DNA of 64,000 bases, from the NCBI GenBank assembly GCA_905205195.1, contig CAJLCS010000001.1:3523-67522 (forward strand), in the 5' to 3' direction. A model generated the notes under the pieces. That model searched no databases. It was not told where the DNA came from and saw only the letters and a list, made by a program, of their open reading frames with translations. Shown here in pieces: positions 38,143 through 48,401 of the stretch. How positions within the stretch are numbered: the stretch's first letter is position 1; each line of letters starts with the position of its first letter. The stretch is from an uncultured Eubacteriales bacterium. Its GTDB lineage: Bacteria; Bacillota; Clostridia; Oscillospirales; Oscillospiraceae. A program made the translations under genes and the position numbers.

Positions 38143-39636
38143 ATGAAGAAGACCCTCGCACTGTTTCTTGCCGTCCTGATGCTGGCCACCCTGTTTGCCG
38201 GCTGCGGCAAGACGCCCGCCGCCGACAATACCACCGGCGCACCGTCCACCACCGCTCCCAAGAACGACGAGACCAAGGGCACCGAGAAGACCGATGACAT
38301 CGTGACCCTGAAGTGGGTTGCCGTCGGCAGCGGTATGCCCGCCAACTACGACGCCTGGGCCGCCAACCTCAACGCCTATCTGGAAGAGAAGATCGGCGTG
38401 CACCTGGAGATGGAAATCATCACCTGGGGCGACTGGGATACCCGCCGCAACATGATCGTTTCCACCGGCGAACCCTACGACATCATGTTCACCAACAACG
38501 GCACCTTTGCCAGCGACGTGGCCATGGGCGCGTTCCTGGACATCTCCGACCTGGTGAAGACCGCTTCCCCCAACCTGTACAGCTTCATCCCTGAGGACTA
38601 CTGGACTGCCTGCTCGCTGGGCGGCAAGGTCTACGGCGTCCCCGCTTACAAGGACTCCTCTTCTACCCAGTACTTCATCTACGACAAGGCCAAGGCTGAC
38701 GCCACCGGCCTGAACTATGCCGATGCCCACACAATGCAGGACGTGACCCCCATCCTGAAGGCCATCAACGAGGCCGACAACGGTGAGGCCACCTTCATCC
38801 TGGCCAAGGGCGGCCTGGACGCCATCTACGGCGGCAAGTACGACGATATGTCCGCCGGCCTGCCCGCCATGGGCGTTTCCTACAACGCTTCCGGCAAGCC
38901 CACCGTGGTTCCTGTGTTCGAGCAGGAAGACGTGATGACCGATCTGAAGACCCTCAACGAGTGGTACAAGGCCGGCTACATCAACTCCGATGCCGCCATC
39001 CTGGACGAAGCTCCCAAGTACCGTGCCGCTTATGTGTCGCAGGGCTGGTCCGGCGCGGCCAACACCACCTGGGGTCCCGGCATGGGCGTGGAAGCCATTG
39101 CCATTCAGTGGGGCAACACCGTGCTGTCCAACTCCACCGTTCAGGGCTCTATGAGCTGTATCTCCGCCGCCTGCAAGGCTCCCGACAAGGCGCTGCAGCT
39201 GCTGGAGCTGGTCAACACCGATTCCAAGGTCCGTGATGCGCTGTACTACGGCCTGGAAGGCGACAACTTCGACTACACCGCCGACGGCAAGGTTCACAAG
39301 AACAACACCGACTGGACCATGGCCGGTTACACCCAGGGCACCTTCTTCAACGTGACCACGGTGGATACCGATTCCTTCAACCAGTGGGACGAAGTCAAGC
39401 AGCTCAACGAGAACGCTACCCCGTCTCCCGTGCTGGGCTTCACCTTTGACAGAACGCCCGTGTCCGACAAGCTGGATGCCTGCATCGCCATCTTCAACGA
39501 GTACAAGGCCACGCTGATGACCGGCACTGCCGATCCCGAGACCACCGCAGCCGAGATGATGACCGCCATGCGTAACGCCGGCTTTGACGATGTCCTCAAA
39601 GAGGCGCAGGCGCAGATTGATGCCTGGGTTGGCTGA
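38143..39636 (+). CDS. Carbohydrate ABC transporter substrate-binding lipoprotein (DUF3502-like)
   Basis: LFAGC lipobox, Thr/Ala linker, LYYGLEG, VLGFTFD; strong AGGAGG RBS; codon choice suggests high expression. Confidence 0.92.
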   Translation: MKKTLALFLAVLMLATLFAGCGKTPAADNTTGAPSTTAPKNDETKGTEKTDDIVTLKWVAVGSGMPANYDAWAANLNAYLEEKIGVHLEMEIITWGDWDTRRNMIVSTGEPYDIMFTNNGTFASDVAMGAFLDISDLVKTASPNLYSFIPEDYWTACSLGGKVYGVPAYKDSSSTQYFIYDKAKADATGLNYADAHTMQDVTPILKAINEADNGEATFILAKGGLDAIYGGKYDDMSAGLPAMGVSYNASGKPTVVPVFEQEDVMTDLKTLNEWYKAGYINSDAAILDEAPKYRAAYVSQGWSGAANTTWGPGMGVEAIAIQWGNTVLSNSTVQGSMSCISAACKAPDKALQLLELVNTDSKVRDALYYGLEGDNFDYTADGKVHKNNTDWTMAGYTQGTFFNVTTVDTDSFNQWDEVKQLNENATPSPVLGFTFDRTPVSDKLDACIAIFNEYKATLMTGTADPETTAAEMMTAMRNAGFDDVLKEAQAQIDAWVG

Positions 39637-39668
39637 TTTCCCATTGCCCTGGTAACCGAATGAGGTTC

Positions 39669-39703
39669 GGGGGCCGATGCTTCGCTGCACCGGCCCCCCT
39701 TTT
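39669..39703 (+). terminator. Intra-operon stem-loop after the SBP gene
   Basis: GGGGGCCGATGC / GCACCGGCCCCC plus TTTT. Confidence 0.6.
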
Positions 39704-39795
39704 CTCCACCCTGTTTCCGGGCCGGACGTACCGGCGCTGCGGTGCGCCCGGCCTGTAAACAGGAACCATTCTACAGACAAAGCGAGGAATTGCCG

Positions 39796-42700
39796 ATGTA
39801 TTTTATCGATCAGAGAATTCAGGTGATCTGCAATCAGCTGAGCCTGATGCGCTTCCGGGACAGCCGGAGCCTGCCGGACTGGCAGTATAAGAAGGGACAG
39901 TTTTTCCGTCCGGAGGAGGCGGATGCCGACCCTGCGCCCTGGGAAGCCTTTGACTGCCAGACCATGCGCTGGTATGCCGACTACGCCGGGACCGATCAGT
40001 TTGAAGGGAAATTCCTTTGGCAGAATACGGATTTCCACGGCATTCCCGGCACCCACTACTGGTTCCGCAGCCGGATCACCGTTCCGCAGGAGATGGACGG
40101 CAAATCCGTCTGGTTCCGCATCCATACCCAGATCGAGGAATGGGACGACGGCAAGAATCCCCAGTTCCTGATTTTCATCAACGGCGAGGTGGTCCAGGGG
40201 GCGGACATGAACCACCGGGAGGTGCTGCTGCGGCAGCGGGCCGTGGGCGGCGAGACGCTGAATGTGGACATTCAGGCCTACACCGGCACGCTGCACCGGG
40301 AATTTGCCTTCCTGGCGGACCTTTATGTGCTTGACGAAAAGGTAAACAGGCTGTACTATGATGTTCAGGTACCGCTCTGGGCCTTTCCCCGGCTGGGGGA
40401 GGACAGCAAGGTCCGGCTGGACCTTCAGACGGTGCTTAACGACACCGTGAACCTGCTGGACCTGCGGGATCCCTGTTCGCCTTCCTTCGAGGCTTCCGTG
40501 GACCGGGCACAGGCCTATATCACGGAACATCTGTACGAAAAAATGACGGGCTGGGACGAGGTGATCGCCACCTGCATCGGCCACACCCATATCGACGTGG
40601 CCTGGTGGTGGACCGTGGCCCAGACCCGGGAAAAGGTGGTCCGGTCCTTCGCCACGGTGCTGAAGCTGATGGAGGAGTACCCAAGCTACCGCTTCATGTC
40701 CAGCCAGCCGGTGCTGTATTACTTCCTGAAGCAGCGCTACCCGGAGCTGTTCGAAAAAATCCGCCAGCGGGTGGCGGAGGGCCGCTGGGAAGTGGAAGGC
40801 GGTATGTGGCTGGAGGCGGACTGCAATCTGACCTCCGGCGAGAGCCTGGTGCGCCAGTTTCTGTACGGCAAGCGGTTTTTCCGGGAGGAATTCGGGAAGG
40901 ACAGCAAGATTCTGTGGCTGCCGGACGTGTTCGGCTATTCCGGTGCCCTGCCCCAGATCATGAAAAAGTCCGGCATCGACTACTTTATGACCACCAAGCT
41001 CTCCTGGAACCAGATCAACCGGGTGCCCAACGACACCTTCCTGTGGAAGGGCATCGACGGCAGCACGGTGCTGACCCATATGATCACCACGCTGGGCATC
41101 GGCCAGGACCCCAAGAAGAGCTTCTTCACCTCCTATAACGGCATGCTGCACCCGGATGCCGTCATGGGCGCCTGGGAGCGCTACCAGAACAAGGAGCTGA
41201 ACAACGACGTGCTGGTGGCCTTCGGCTACGGCGACGGCGGCGGCGGTCCCACCCGGACCATGCTGGAAACCTCCCGGCGGATGGAGCAGGGCATCCGCGG
41301 CCTGCCCAAGGTCCGGCAGGAAACGGCCCGGACCTACTTTGACCAGCTGGCGGCCCGGGTGGAAGGCAACCGGCGGCTGGAAACCTGGGAAGGGGAATTC
41401 TATTTCGAATACCACCGGGGCACCTATACCTCCATGGCCCGCAACAAGCGCGGCAACCGCCGCAGCGAATTTCTCATGATGGATCTGGAGCTGCTGGGGG
41501 TCCTGTCCGGCGACTATCCGGCCGAGGCGGACCGGCGGCTGTGGCGGGATACGGTGCTGCTCAACCAATTCCACGATATTCTTCCCGGCAGCTCCATTGC
41601 CGAGGTGTACGAGGTGACCAAGGCCGAGTACGCGGCGCTGGAGCGGGAGGCCGGCGGCCTGATTGCAGACCGGATGACCCGTCTGGCGGGAGAAGGGGAC
41701 GGCGTGACCGTTTTCAATACGCTGGGCTTTGCGCGCAGCGACGTGGTGCGCCTGGCAGACCGGACCGTCACCGCCCTGGAGGACGACGCGGGCCGCGTTT
41801 ACCCGGTGCAGCAGACGGCGGACGGCGGTCTGGTGTACCTGACCGATCTGCCCTCCAAGGGCTTCCGGACCTATCGCCGGGGGACGGCGGCGGCGGAAAG
41901 CCCCTTTGTCCGGACCGACGAGTACCATCTGGAGACGCCCTTCTACCGGGTGGCGCTGGACGGCAGCGGCAGCATGGCCTCGCTGTTTGACAAGCAGTAC
42001 GGGCGGGAGCTGGTGCTGCCCGGCCGGAAGGCCAATCAGTTCCGGCTCTACGAGGACAAGCCCATTTACTACGACAACTGGGACATCGACCGGTACTATA
42101 CGGAAAAATCCTGGGATGTGGACGAGCTGACCGACCTGCGCTGGACGGAGGACGGCCCGGTCTGCACCGTGCTGACGCTGGCCTACCGCAGCGGCCAAAC
42201 GACAATCCGGCAGAACATCCGCTTTTACGCGGGCAGCCGCCGGATCGACTTTGAGACGGAGGTGGACTGGAAGTACCACCAGCACCTGCTGAAGGTGGAG
42301 TTCCCGCTGGATATCCATACCGACGAGGCCACCTTCGACATTCAGTTCGGCAACGTCAAACGCAAGATTCACAGCAACACCAGCTGGGACAAGGCCCGGT
42401 TTGAAAGCTGCGCCCAGAAGTGGATGGATCTGTCCGAGGGCCACTACGGCGTCAGCCTGGTCAACGACTGCAAGTACGGCCACAGCGTCTTAAACGGTGT
42501 GGCGGCGCTGACGCTGGTGAAAAGCGGCATCGAGCCGAATCCCAACACCGACGTGGAGCTGCACCGGTTTACCTATGCCCTGTACCCCCACGGGGAGGGC
42601 TGGCAGCAGGCCGGGACGGTCCGGGAAAGCTACAAGCTCAATCAACCGGCCTATGCGATTGCCGCCGGAACCCCGGGCCGGAGCAGCTCCTTTGCGTCGG

Positions 42701-42942
42701 TGGACGCGGCCAACGTGATTCTGGAAACGGTGAAGCAGGCGGAGGAAGGCTGCGGCACCATTCTGCGGCTCTACGAGTCCGAAAATGCAAGAACCAATGT
42801 GACACTGACACTGCCCGCCGCCGTCACCGGGGCGTGGGAAACCAATCTGCTGGAGGAAACCGAGCAGGAGCTGAACGTGGCGGACGGAACGGTGCGGTTC
42901 GTGATGAAACCCTACGAAATCAAAACGATTCTGATCAAATAA
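39796..42942 (+). CDS. Alpha-mannosidase (GH38)
   Basis: GHTHIDVAW, ESLVRQ, WLPDVFG, GYGDGGGG, NQFHDILPGS. Confidence 0.95.
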   Translation: MYFIDQRIQVICNQLSLMRFRDSRSLPDWQYKKGQFFRPEEADADPAPWEAFDCQTMRWYADYAGTDQFEGKFLWQNTDFHGIPGTHYWFRSRITVPQEMDGKSVWFRIHTQIEEWDDGKNPQFLIFINGEVVQGADMNHREVLLRQRAVGGETLNVDIQAYTGTLHREFAFLADLYVLDEKVNRLYYDVQVPLWAFPRLGEDSKVRLDLQTVLNDTVNLLDLRDPCSPSFEASVDRAQAYITEHLYEKMTGWDEVIATCIGHTHIDVAWWWTVAQTREKVVRSFATVLKLMEEYPSYRFMSSQPVLYYFLKQRYPELFEKIRQRVAEGRWEVEGGMWLEADCNLTSGESLVRQFLYGKRFFREEFGKDSKILWLPDVFGYSGALPQIMKKSGIDYFMTTKLSWNQINRVPNDTFLWKGIDGSTVLTHMITTLGIGQDPKKSFFTSYNGMLHPDAVMGAWERYQNKELNNDVLVAFGYGDGGGGPTRTMLETSRRMEQGIRGLPKVRQETARTYFDQLAARVEGNRRLETWEGEFYFEYHRGTYTSMARNKRGNRRSEFLMMDLELLGVLSGDYPAEADRRLWRDTVLLNQFHDILPGSSIAEVYEVTKAEYAALEREAGGLIADRMTRLAGEGDGVTVFNTLGFARSDVVRLADRTVTALEDDAGRVYPVQQTADGGLVYLTDLPSKGFRTYRRGTAAAESPFVRTDEYHLETPFYRVALDGSGSMASLFDKQYGRELVLPGRKANQFRLYEDKPIYYDNWDIDRYYTEKSWDVDELTDLRWTEDGPVCTVLTLAYRSGQTTIRQNIRFYAGSRRIDFETEVDWKYHQHLLKVEFPLDIHTDEATFDIQFGNVKRKIHSNTSWDKARFESCAQKWMDLSEGHYGVSLVNDCKYGHSVLNGVAALTLVKSGIEPNPNTDVELHRFTYALYPHGEGWQQAGTVRESYKLNQPAYAIAAGTPGRSSSFASVDAANVILETVKQAEEGCGTILRLYESENARTNVTLTLPAAVTGAWETNLLEETEQELNVADGTVRFVMKPYEIKTILIK

Positions 42943-42955
42943 TGGGAGGAATACT

Positions 42956-45202
42956 ATGGAAGCATACCGCAATCCGGCACTTTCTCCGGAAAAGCGGGCG
43001 GAGGACCTGCTTTCCCGCATGACGCTGCGGGAAAAGGTGGGCCAGCTGAATCAGCGGCTCTACGGCTTTCACGCCTACGAGCGGCGGGATGGAAAGCTGA
43101 CGCTTTCCCGGGAATTTACCGACGAGGTGGACCGCTACGGCGGCATGGGCGCCCTGTACGGGCTGCACCGGGCGGACCCTTGGTCCGGTCGGGACTTTGC
43201 AAGCGGCGTTACCGGCGTGGAAGCGGTGCAGATCCGCAACGCGGTCCAGAAATACGTCATCGACCATTCCCGCTTCGGCATTCCGGCGCTGCTGAGCACA
43301 GAAAGCCCCCACGGCCATCAGGCGCTGGACGGCTATCTGCTGCCGGTGAATCTGGCCTCCGGCTGCACCTTCTCCCCGGAACTTCTGGAGGAGGCGGAGA
43401 AGGTCTGCGGCGCCCAGCTTCGCAGTCTCGGTCTGGACCTGGCGCTGGTTTCCGCGCTGGATATGCTCCGGGACCCCCGCTGGGGCCGGAGTGAGGAATG
43501 CTTCGGCGAGGACCCCTATCTGACGTCCCAGATGGCCGGGGCGGCGGTCCGGGGTATGAAAAGCCAGGGCATCGACGTGGTGGCCAAGCACCTGTGCGCC
43601 CAGGGCGAGACCACCGGCGGCGTCAATGCCAGCCCGGCCCGGATCGGCCCTCACGAGCTGCGGGAAATTCATCTCCCGCCGGTGAAGGCCTGCATAGAGG
43701 CAGGGGCGGCGTCCTTTATGGCGGCGTATAACGAAATCGACGGCGTGTTCTGCCACGCCAACCACCGGCTCCTGACGGAGCTGCTGCGGGGCGAGTACGG
43801 CTTTGAGGGCTTCGTCATGTCCGATGGCGTGGCCATCGACCTGCTGGACGTCATCACCGGCGACCGGGTGGCCTCCGGCGCGCTGGCGCTGAATGCCGGT
43901 GTGGACATGGGCCTGTGGGACACGGCCTTCGGCCGCCTGGAAGAGGCGGTGCAGGCCGGTCTGGTGGAGGAAAGTCGGATCGACGAGGCGGCCAAGCGGA
44001 TTCTGACGCTGAAATTCCGCCGGGGCCTGTTTGAGCATCCCTATGTGCCGGAGACGGCGCAGGTGTTCTCTTACGAGGACTATCCCCAGTCCGCCCGGCT
44101 GGCGGAACAGAGCATGGTGCTGCTGAAAAACCGGGACGGCCTGCTGCCCCTGTCGGCGGACAAGCCGGTGCGGATCGGTCTGACCGGCCCCAACGCAGAC
44201 GCCATCTATCATCAGCTGGGCGATTATACCCCCGCCCAGCGGCCCGGCGTGGGCACCACGCCCCGACAGGGGCTGGAGCGGCTGCTTTCCGGCACGGCGG
44301 CGACGCTGTGCTACCATCCGGGCTGCCCCCTGTTTGAGGACGACCCGGCCATGGAGGAGCAGGCCGTGGCGGCCATGGCGGACACCGATGTGGTGATTGC
44401 GGTGCTGGGCGGCAGCTCCAGCCGGTTTACCCACTGCGAATTTGAAAGCAACGGCGCGGCCAAGCATCAGCAGACCATCACCATGGACTGTGGCGAGGGC
44501 ATCGACGACGGCATCCTCCGTCTGCCCGGCGGCCAGCTGCGGCTGCTGCGGCATCTGCGGGCGCTGGGCAAGCCCATCGTCACCGTGCTGATTGCCGGGC
44601 GGCCCTATGAAATGGCGGAAGTAGAGGAGCTGTCGGATGCGATTTTCTGCTGCTTCTACCCCGGTCCCACCAGCGGTCAGGCCGTGGCCCGGCTGCTGTT
44701 CGGGCAGGCGGAACCGGCGGGACGGCTCTGCGTTTCCCTGCCGGATCATGCCGGCCAGCTGCCGGTGTACTACAATCCCAAGGACTGCGGCCGGGACGGC
44801 GTGTATTATAACGTTTCCGCCCCCCGCTACGGCTTCGGCTCCGGCCTGAGCTATACCGCGTTTTCCTACGCGCAGGACGGCGTGCCCACGGCGGAGGACC
44901 TGACGCTCCGGTTCCGGGTGACCAATACCGGCGCACGGCCGGGCTGGGCGGTGCCCCAGCTGTATCTCCATCGGAAGCAGGGCGTGGTCACGTCCCGGGT
45001 CCGCCAGCTGTGCGGGTTCCGGAAGCTTCTTTTGCAGCCGGGGGAGACGCAGACGGTGGAAATTCCCGTTCCCCGGGAGAGCCTGCGGCAGTACGATGCG
45101 TCCATGAAGCCCTGCTGCCCCGGGGGAACCGTCGAGTGGTTCCTCTGCGACGGCGGCGACACCCATCTGCAGGGAGCGTTTGCGCTTCCCCATCATCGTT
45201 AA
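42956..45202 (+). CDS. Glycoside hydrolase family 3 with C-terminal FN3 domain
   Basis: RDPRWGRSEECFGEDP, AKH, FVMSDG nucleophile, YGFGSGLSYT. Confidence 0.92.
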   Translation: MEAYRNPALSPEKRAEDLLSRMTLREKVGQLNQRLYGFHAYERRDGKLTLSREFTDEVDRYGGMGALYGLHRADPWSGRDFASGVTGVEAVQIRNAVQKYVIDHSRFGIPALLSTESPHGHQALDGYLLPVNLASGCTFSPELLEEAEKVCGAQLRSLGLDLALVSALDMLRDPRWGRSEECFGEDPYLTSQMAGAAVRGMKSQGIDVVAKHLCAQGETTGGVNASPARIGPHELREIHLPPVKACIEAGAASFMAAYNEIDGVFCHANHRLLTELLRGEYGFEGFVMSDGVAIDLLDVITGDRVASGALALNAGVDMGLWDTAFGRLEEAVQAGLVEESRIDEAAKRILTLKFRRGLFEHPYVPETAQVFSYEDYPQSARLAEQSMVLLKNRDGLLPLSADKPVRIGLTGPNADAIYHQLGDYTPAQRPGVGTTPRQGLERLLSGTAATLCYHPGCPLFEDDPAMEEQAVAAMADTDVVIAVLGGSSSRFTHCEFESNGAAKHQQTITMDCGEGIDDGILRLPGGQLRLLRHLRALGKPIVTVLIAGRPYEMAEVEELSDAIFCCFYPGPTSGQAVARLLFGQAEPAGRLCVSLPDHAGQLPVYYNPKDCGRDGVYYNVSAPRYGFGSGLSYTAFSYAQDGVPTAEDLTLRFRVTNTGARPGWAVPQLYLHRKQGVVTSRVRQLCGFRKLLLQPGETQTVEIPVPRESLRQYDASMKPCCPGGTVEWFLCDGGDTHLQGAFALPHHR

Positions 45203-45208
45203 GGAGGA

Positions 45209-47605
45209 ATGACTATGCTGATCCGCGACTGGACCATGGAAATGGACGGGATGCACCTGCCTTGCCAGGCGCCCTGCACCATGTACAGCGTTCTGCTGGA
45301 CCATCACAAAATCCCGGACCCCTTTTACGGCCTGAACGAACGGGAGCTGCAGCATCTGGGCGAAAAGGATTGCAGCTTCACCGCCGTGTTTTCCGTGGAC
45401 GAGGCGCTTCTCGCCCGGGACTATGCGGAGCTGACCTTCCGGGGGTTGGACACCCTTTGCCGGATTACCCTGAATGGCAAACGGCTGGATGACGTGAAAA
45501 ATATGCACCGGACCTATGTCTATTCGGTGCGGGAGCTGCTGAAAGCCGGGGAAAATACCCTGCGGCTGGACTTTTCCTCTCCGGTGCGGTATTTCACCGA
45601 GGCTCAGCGTCGCCACTATCTGTACATGAACGACGGCGACACCGTTCCCGGCACGGCCCACCTGCGGACGGCCATGTACCAGTCCGGCTGGGACTGGGGC
45701 CCCACGCTGCCGGATATGGGCCTGTTCCGCCAGGTGGAGCTGAACGCCTACGATACGGACCGGCTGGACACCGTGCTGGTGAGTCAGAATCACCACGACG
45801 GGGTGGTGGACGTCACCGTCCGGGCCGCCACGGCCCACGGTGCCGGAGGGACGCTGTATGCGTCGCTGGACGGCAAGCGGGTGGCCATGACGGAGGGAGA
45901 AGCGATGATCCGGGTGGAGCACCCCCGGCTCTGGTGGGTGCGGGGCTACGGCGAGCAGCCGCTTTACGACCTGACGGTGGAGCTGGAGGCGGACGGCCGC
46001 CTGCTGGACCGGCAGACAAGGACCGTCGGTCTGCGGACGCTGACCGTCAGCACCGAAAAGGACCCGGACGGCAAGGGCAGCGAGTTCTGCTTCGTCATCA
46101 ACGGCGTGAAGATTTTCTCCATGGGCGCCAATTATGTTCCCATGGACAACCTGCTGACCCGGGTGACGCCGGAGCGGCAGGAAAAGCTGATCTCCCTGGC
46201 GCTGGAGGCCAATTTCAATACTTTGCGGGTCTGGGGCGGCGGCTACTACCCGGAGGACAGCTTCTATGACCTGTGCGACCGGTACGGCATTGTGGTGTGG
46301 CAGGACTTCATGGTGGCCTGCGCCAATATCTGGCTCACTGCCGACATGGCGGAGGAATTCACCCGGGAAGCCACCGACAATCTTTGCCGCCTGCAGCACC
46401 ATGCCTCCCTCGGCCTGCTTTGCGGCAACAACGAGATGGAGGACATGATCCTCAACGGCGGCATTCAGAATAACGAGCTGGTGCGGCAGGACTATTTGCA
46501 GCTTTACGAGCATCTGCTCCCGGAGCTGTGCGGCAAGCTGGCACCGGATACCTTCTACTGGCCCTCCAGCCCCTCCTCCGGCGGCGGCTTCCTGGATCCG
46601 GGCAACTTCAACAAGGGCGACACCCATTACTGGAAGGTCTGGCACGGCGGTGTGCCCTTCACGGCCTACCGGCAGGAGAAATTCCGCTTCTGCTCGGAGT
46701 ACGGCTTTGAGAGCTTCCCGTCCATGAAGACCATCCGGACCTTCTGCGAGGAAAAGGACCACAACTGCTTCTCCCGGGTCATGGAAAACCACCAGAAGTG
46801 CAAGGGCGGCAACGGAAACATCCTGCGCTACCTGTCCAACAACTATCTGTACCCTTCCGGATTTGAGGATCTGGTGTATGCTTCCCAGCTGCTGCAGGCC
46901 GATGCCATCGCCTACGGCGTGGAGCATTTCCGCCGGAACCGGGGCGTGTGCATGGGGTCGATTTACTGGCAGTTCAACGACTGTTGGCCGGTGGCCTCCT
47001 GGTCCAGCGTGGACTATTTCGGCCGCCGCAAGGCGCTGCACTATGCGGCCAGGCGGTTCTATGCGCCGGTGGCCATGGGGCTGTTTCTGGAGGGAAACCG
47101 GCTGACGGTGAACGTGGCCAACGAGACGCGAGCGCCCTTCCGGGGCCGGATCCGGCTGACCGTCTGCCGCTCCGACTTCACGGAGCTGGAGCGCCGGGAC
47201 ATTCCGGTGGAGGCGGCGGCGCTGTCCTCGCCGGATGTGGCGTCGATGACGCTGCCGGAGCTGGACGTCTATCACACCTATCTGGCGGCGGACCTGTACG
47301 ACGAAACCGGCGCGTTTCTCACCCGGCGGGTGGAAACGCTGGTGCCGCCCAAGCATTTTGACTGGGAAAAGCCCACGGTGCAGGCGGCCTTCACCGACGC
47401 GGAGGGCGGCGTGGAAATCGCCGTCACGTCGGACGTGTTCACCCGGAGCGTTTTCCTGGATTTCCGGGACTTCGACTGCGGCCTGTCCGACAATTTCTTC
47501 AGCCTGACGAACCGGGAGCCGTATGTCGTGTTTGCGAAAACCGACCGCACTGCGGCCCAGCTGCGGGAAAACGCCGTCATCAAGACGGTGTACGACATTC
47601 GGTAA
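45209..47605 (+). CDS. Beta-mannosidase (GH2)
   Basis: GWDWGP, GANYVP, RVWGGG, CGNNE, CSEYG, YWQFNDCWP. Confidence 0.92.
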   Translation: MTMLIRDWTMEMDGMHLPCQAPCTMYSVLLDHHKIPDPFYGLNERELQHLGEKDCSFTAVFSVDEALLARDYAELTFRGLDTLCRITLNGKRLDDVKNMHRTYVYSVRELLKAGENTLRLDFSSPVRYFTEAQRRHYLYMNDGDTVPGTAHLRTAMYQSGWDWGPTLPDMGLFRQVELNAYDTDRLDTVLVSQNHHDGVVDVTVRAATAHGAGGTLYASLDGKRVAMTEGEAMIRVEHPRLWWVRGYGEQPLYDLTVELEADGRLLDRQTRTVGLRTLTVSTEKDPDGKGSEFCFVINGVKIFSMGANYVPMDNLLTRVTPERQEKLISLALEANFNTLRVWGGGYYPEDSFYDLCDRYGIVVWQDFMVACANIWLTADMAEEFTREATDNLCRLQHHASLGLLCGNNEMEDMILNGGIQNNELVRQDYLQLYEHLLPELCGKLAPDTFYWPSSPSSGGGFLDPGNFNKGDTHYWKVWHGGVPFTAYRQEKFRFCSEYGFESFPSMKTIRTFCEEKDHNCFSRVMENHQKCKGGNGNILRYLSNNYLYPSGFEDLVYASQLLQADAIAYGVEHFRRNRGVCMGSIYWQFNDCWPVASWSSVDYFGRRKALHYAARRFYAPVAMGLFLEGNRLTVNVANETRAPFRGRIRLTVCRSDFTELERRDIPVEAAALSSPDVASMTLPELDVYHTYLAADLYDETGAFLTRRVETLVPPKHFDWEKPTVQAAFTDAEGGVEIAVTSDVFTRSVFLDFRDFDCGLSDNFFSLTNREPYVVFAKTDRTAAQLRENAVIKTVYDIR

Positions 47606-47617
47606 AGGCGGCGCGGT

Positions 47618-48274
47618 ATGAAAGATCTGTTTAACCCGGACAATCCCTTTATGCAGTTTCTCTCCCGGGTGGGGGAGATGATCCTGGCGAATTTCCTGTT
47701 TCTGCTCTGCTCGCTGCCGGTGGTCACCGCCGGCGCGGCACTGACGGCGCTGCACAAGGTGACGCAGAACATCGCCGAGGATACGGACGACGGGGTGCTG
47801 CGGACGTTTTTCCGGGCCTTCTGGCGGGACTGGAAGCAGGCCACCGCCGCCTGGCTGCTGATGCTGGTGTTTTACGCCGGGATGGGCTGCAATCTGCTGC
47901 TGGCCCTGTCCTATTTGCAGGGCGCGGCGCTGACGGTGTGCAAAGCCATTATCGGGGTGCTGTGCGTCATCGTGCTGGCGGTGGGGGCCTACCTGTTCCC
48001 GCTGATTGCCCGGTACGAAAATACGCTCAAGGAGCATTTCGTCAACGCCGGGGTGCTGGCGCTGGTGAAGCTGCCCCGGACGCTGGCCATGGCGGTGCTC
48101 AACGCGCTGCCGCTGATTCTGGCCTATGTTTCCATGAAGGTGTTTGTCAGCACGCTGGTTTTCTGGCTGACGCTGGGCTTTGCCTTCGTTTGTTACATTG
48201 CCGCCTGGCTGCTGATGCCGGTTTTCCGCGAAATGGAAAAGCCCGGCGGGCCGGACGTCCGACCCATGACATAA
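47618..48274 (+). CDS. YesL/DUF624 family membrane protein
   Basis: NFLFLLCSLPVVTAGAALTAL, FFRAF..DWKQA; typical tail gene of sugar ABC loci. Confidence 0.85.
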   Translation: MKDLFNPDNPFMQFLSRVGEMILANFLFLLCSLPVVTAGAALTALHKVTQNIAEDTDDGVLRTFFRAFWRDWKQATAAWLLMLVFYAGMGCNLLLALSYLQGAALTVCKAIIGVLCVIVLAVGAYLFPLIARYENTLKEHFVNAGVLALVKLPRTLAMAVLNALPLILAYVSMKVFVSTLVFWLTLGFAFVCYIAAWLLMPVFREMEKPGGPDVRPMT

Positions 48275-48309
48275 GAAAAAAGCCGCTCCCCGGGAGAGGC
48301 TTCATCAGG

Positions 48310-48344
48310 AAGAAGGTAGTGCAAATTTGTGCTGCCTTCTTTTT
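48310..48344 (+). terminator. Terminator of the glycan operon
   Basis: AAGAAGGTAGTGCAA / TTGTGCTGCCTTCTT plus TTT. Confidence 0.65.
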
Positions 48345-48401
48345 GTACGCTCCGGAAACGGCTCTATCCTGGATGAACGTGATAGGATATTCACCGCCTG
48401 A

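Noticed and set aside
38128..48037. Very long antisense ORFs (1451 aa at 38128-42483, 1700 aa at 42935-48037) and similar ones at 4454, 6276, 11465, 13816, 16753 and 31732
   Set aside because: They mirror well-supported genes on the opposite strand, have no recognisable motifs, and are expected from high-GC codon bias
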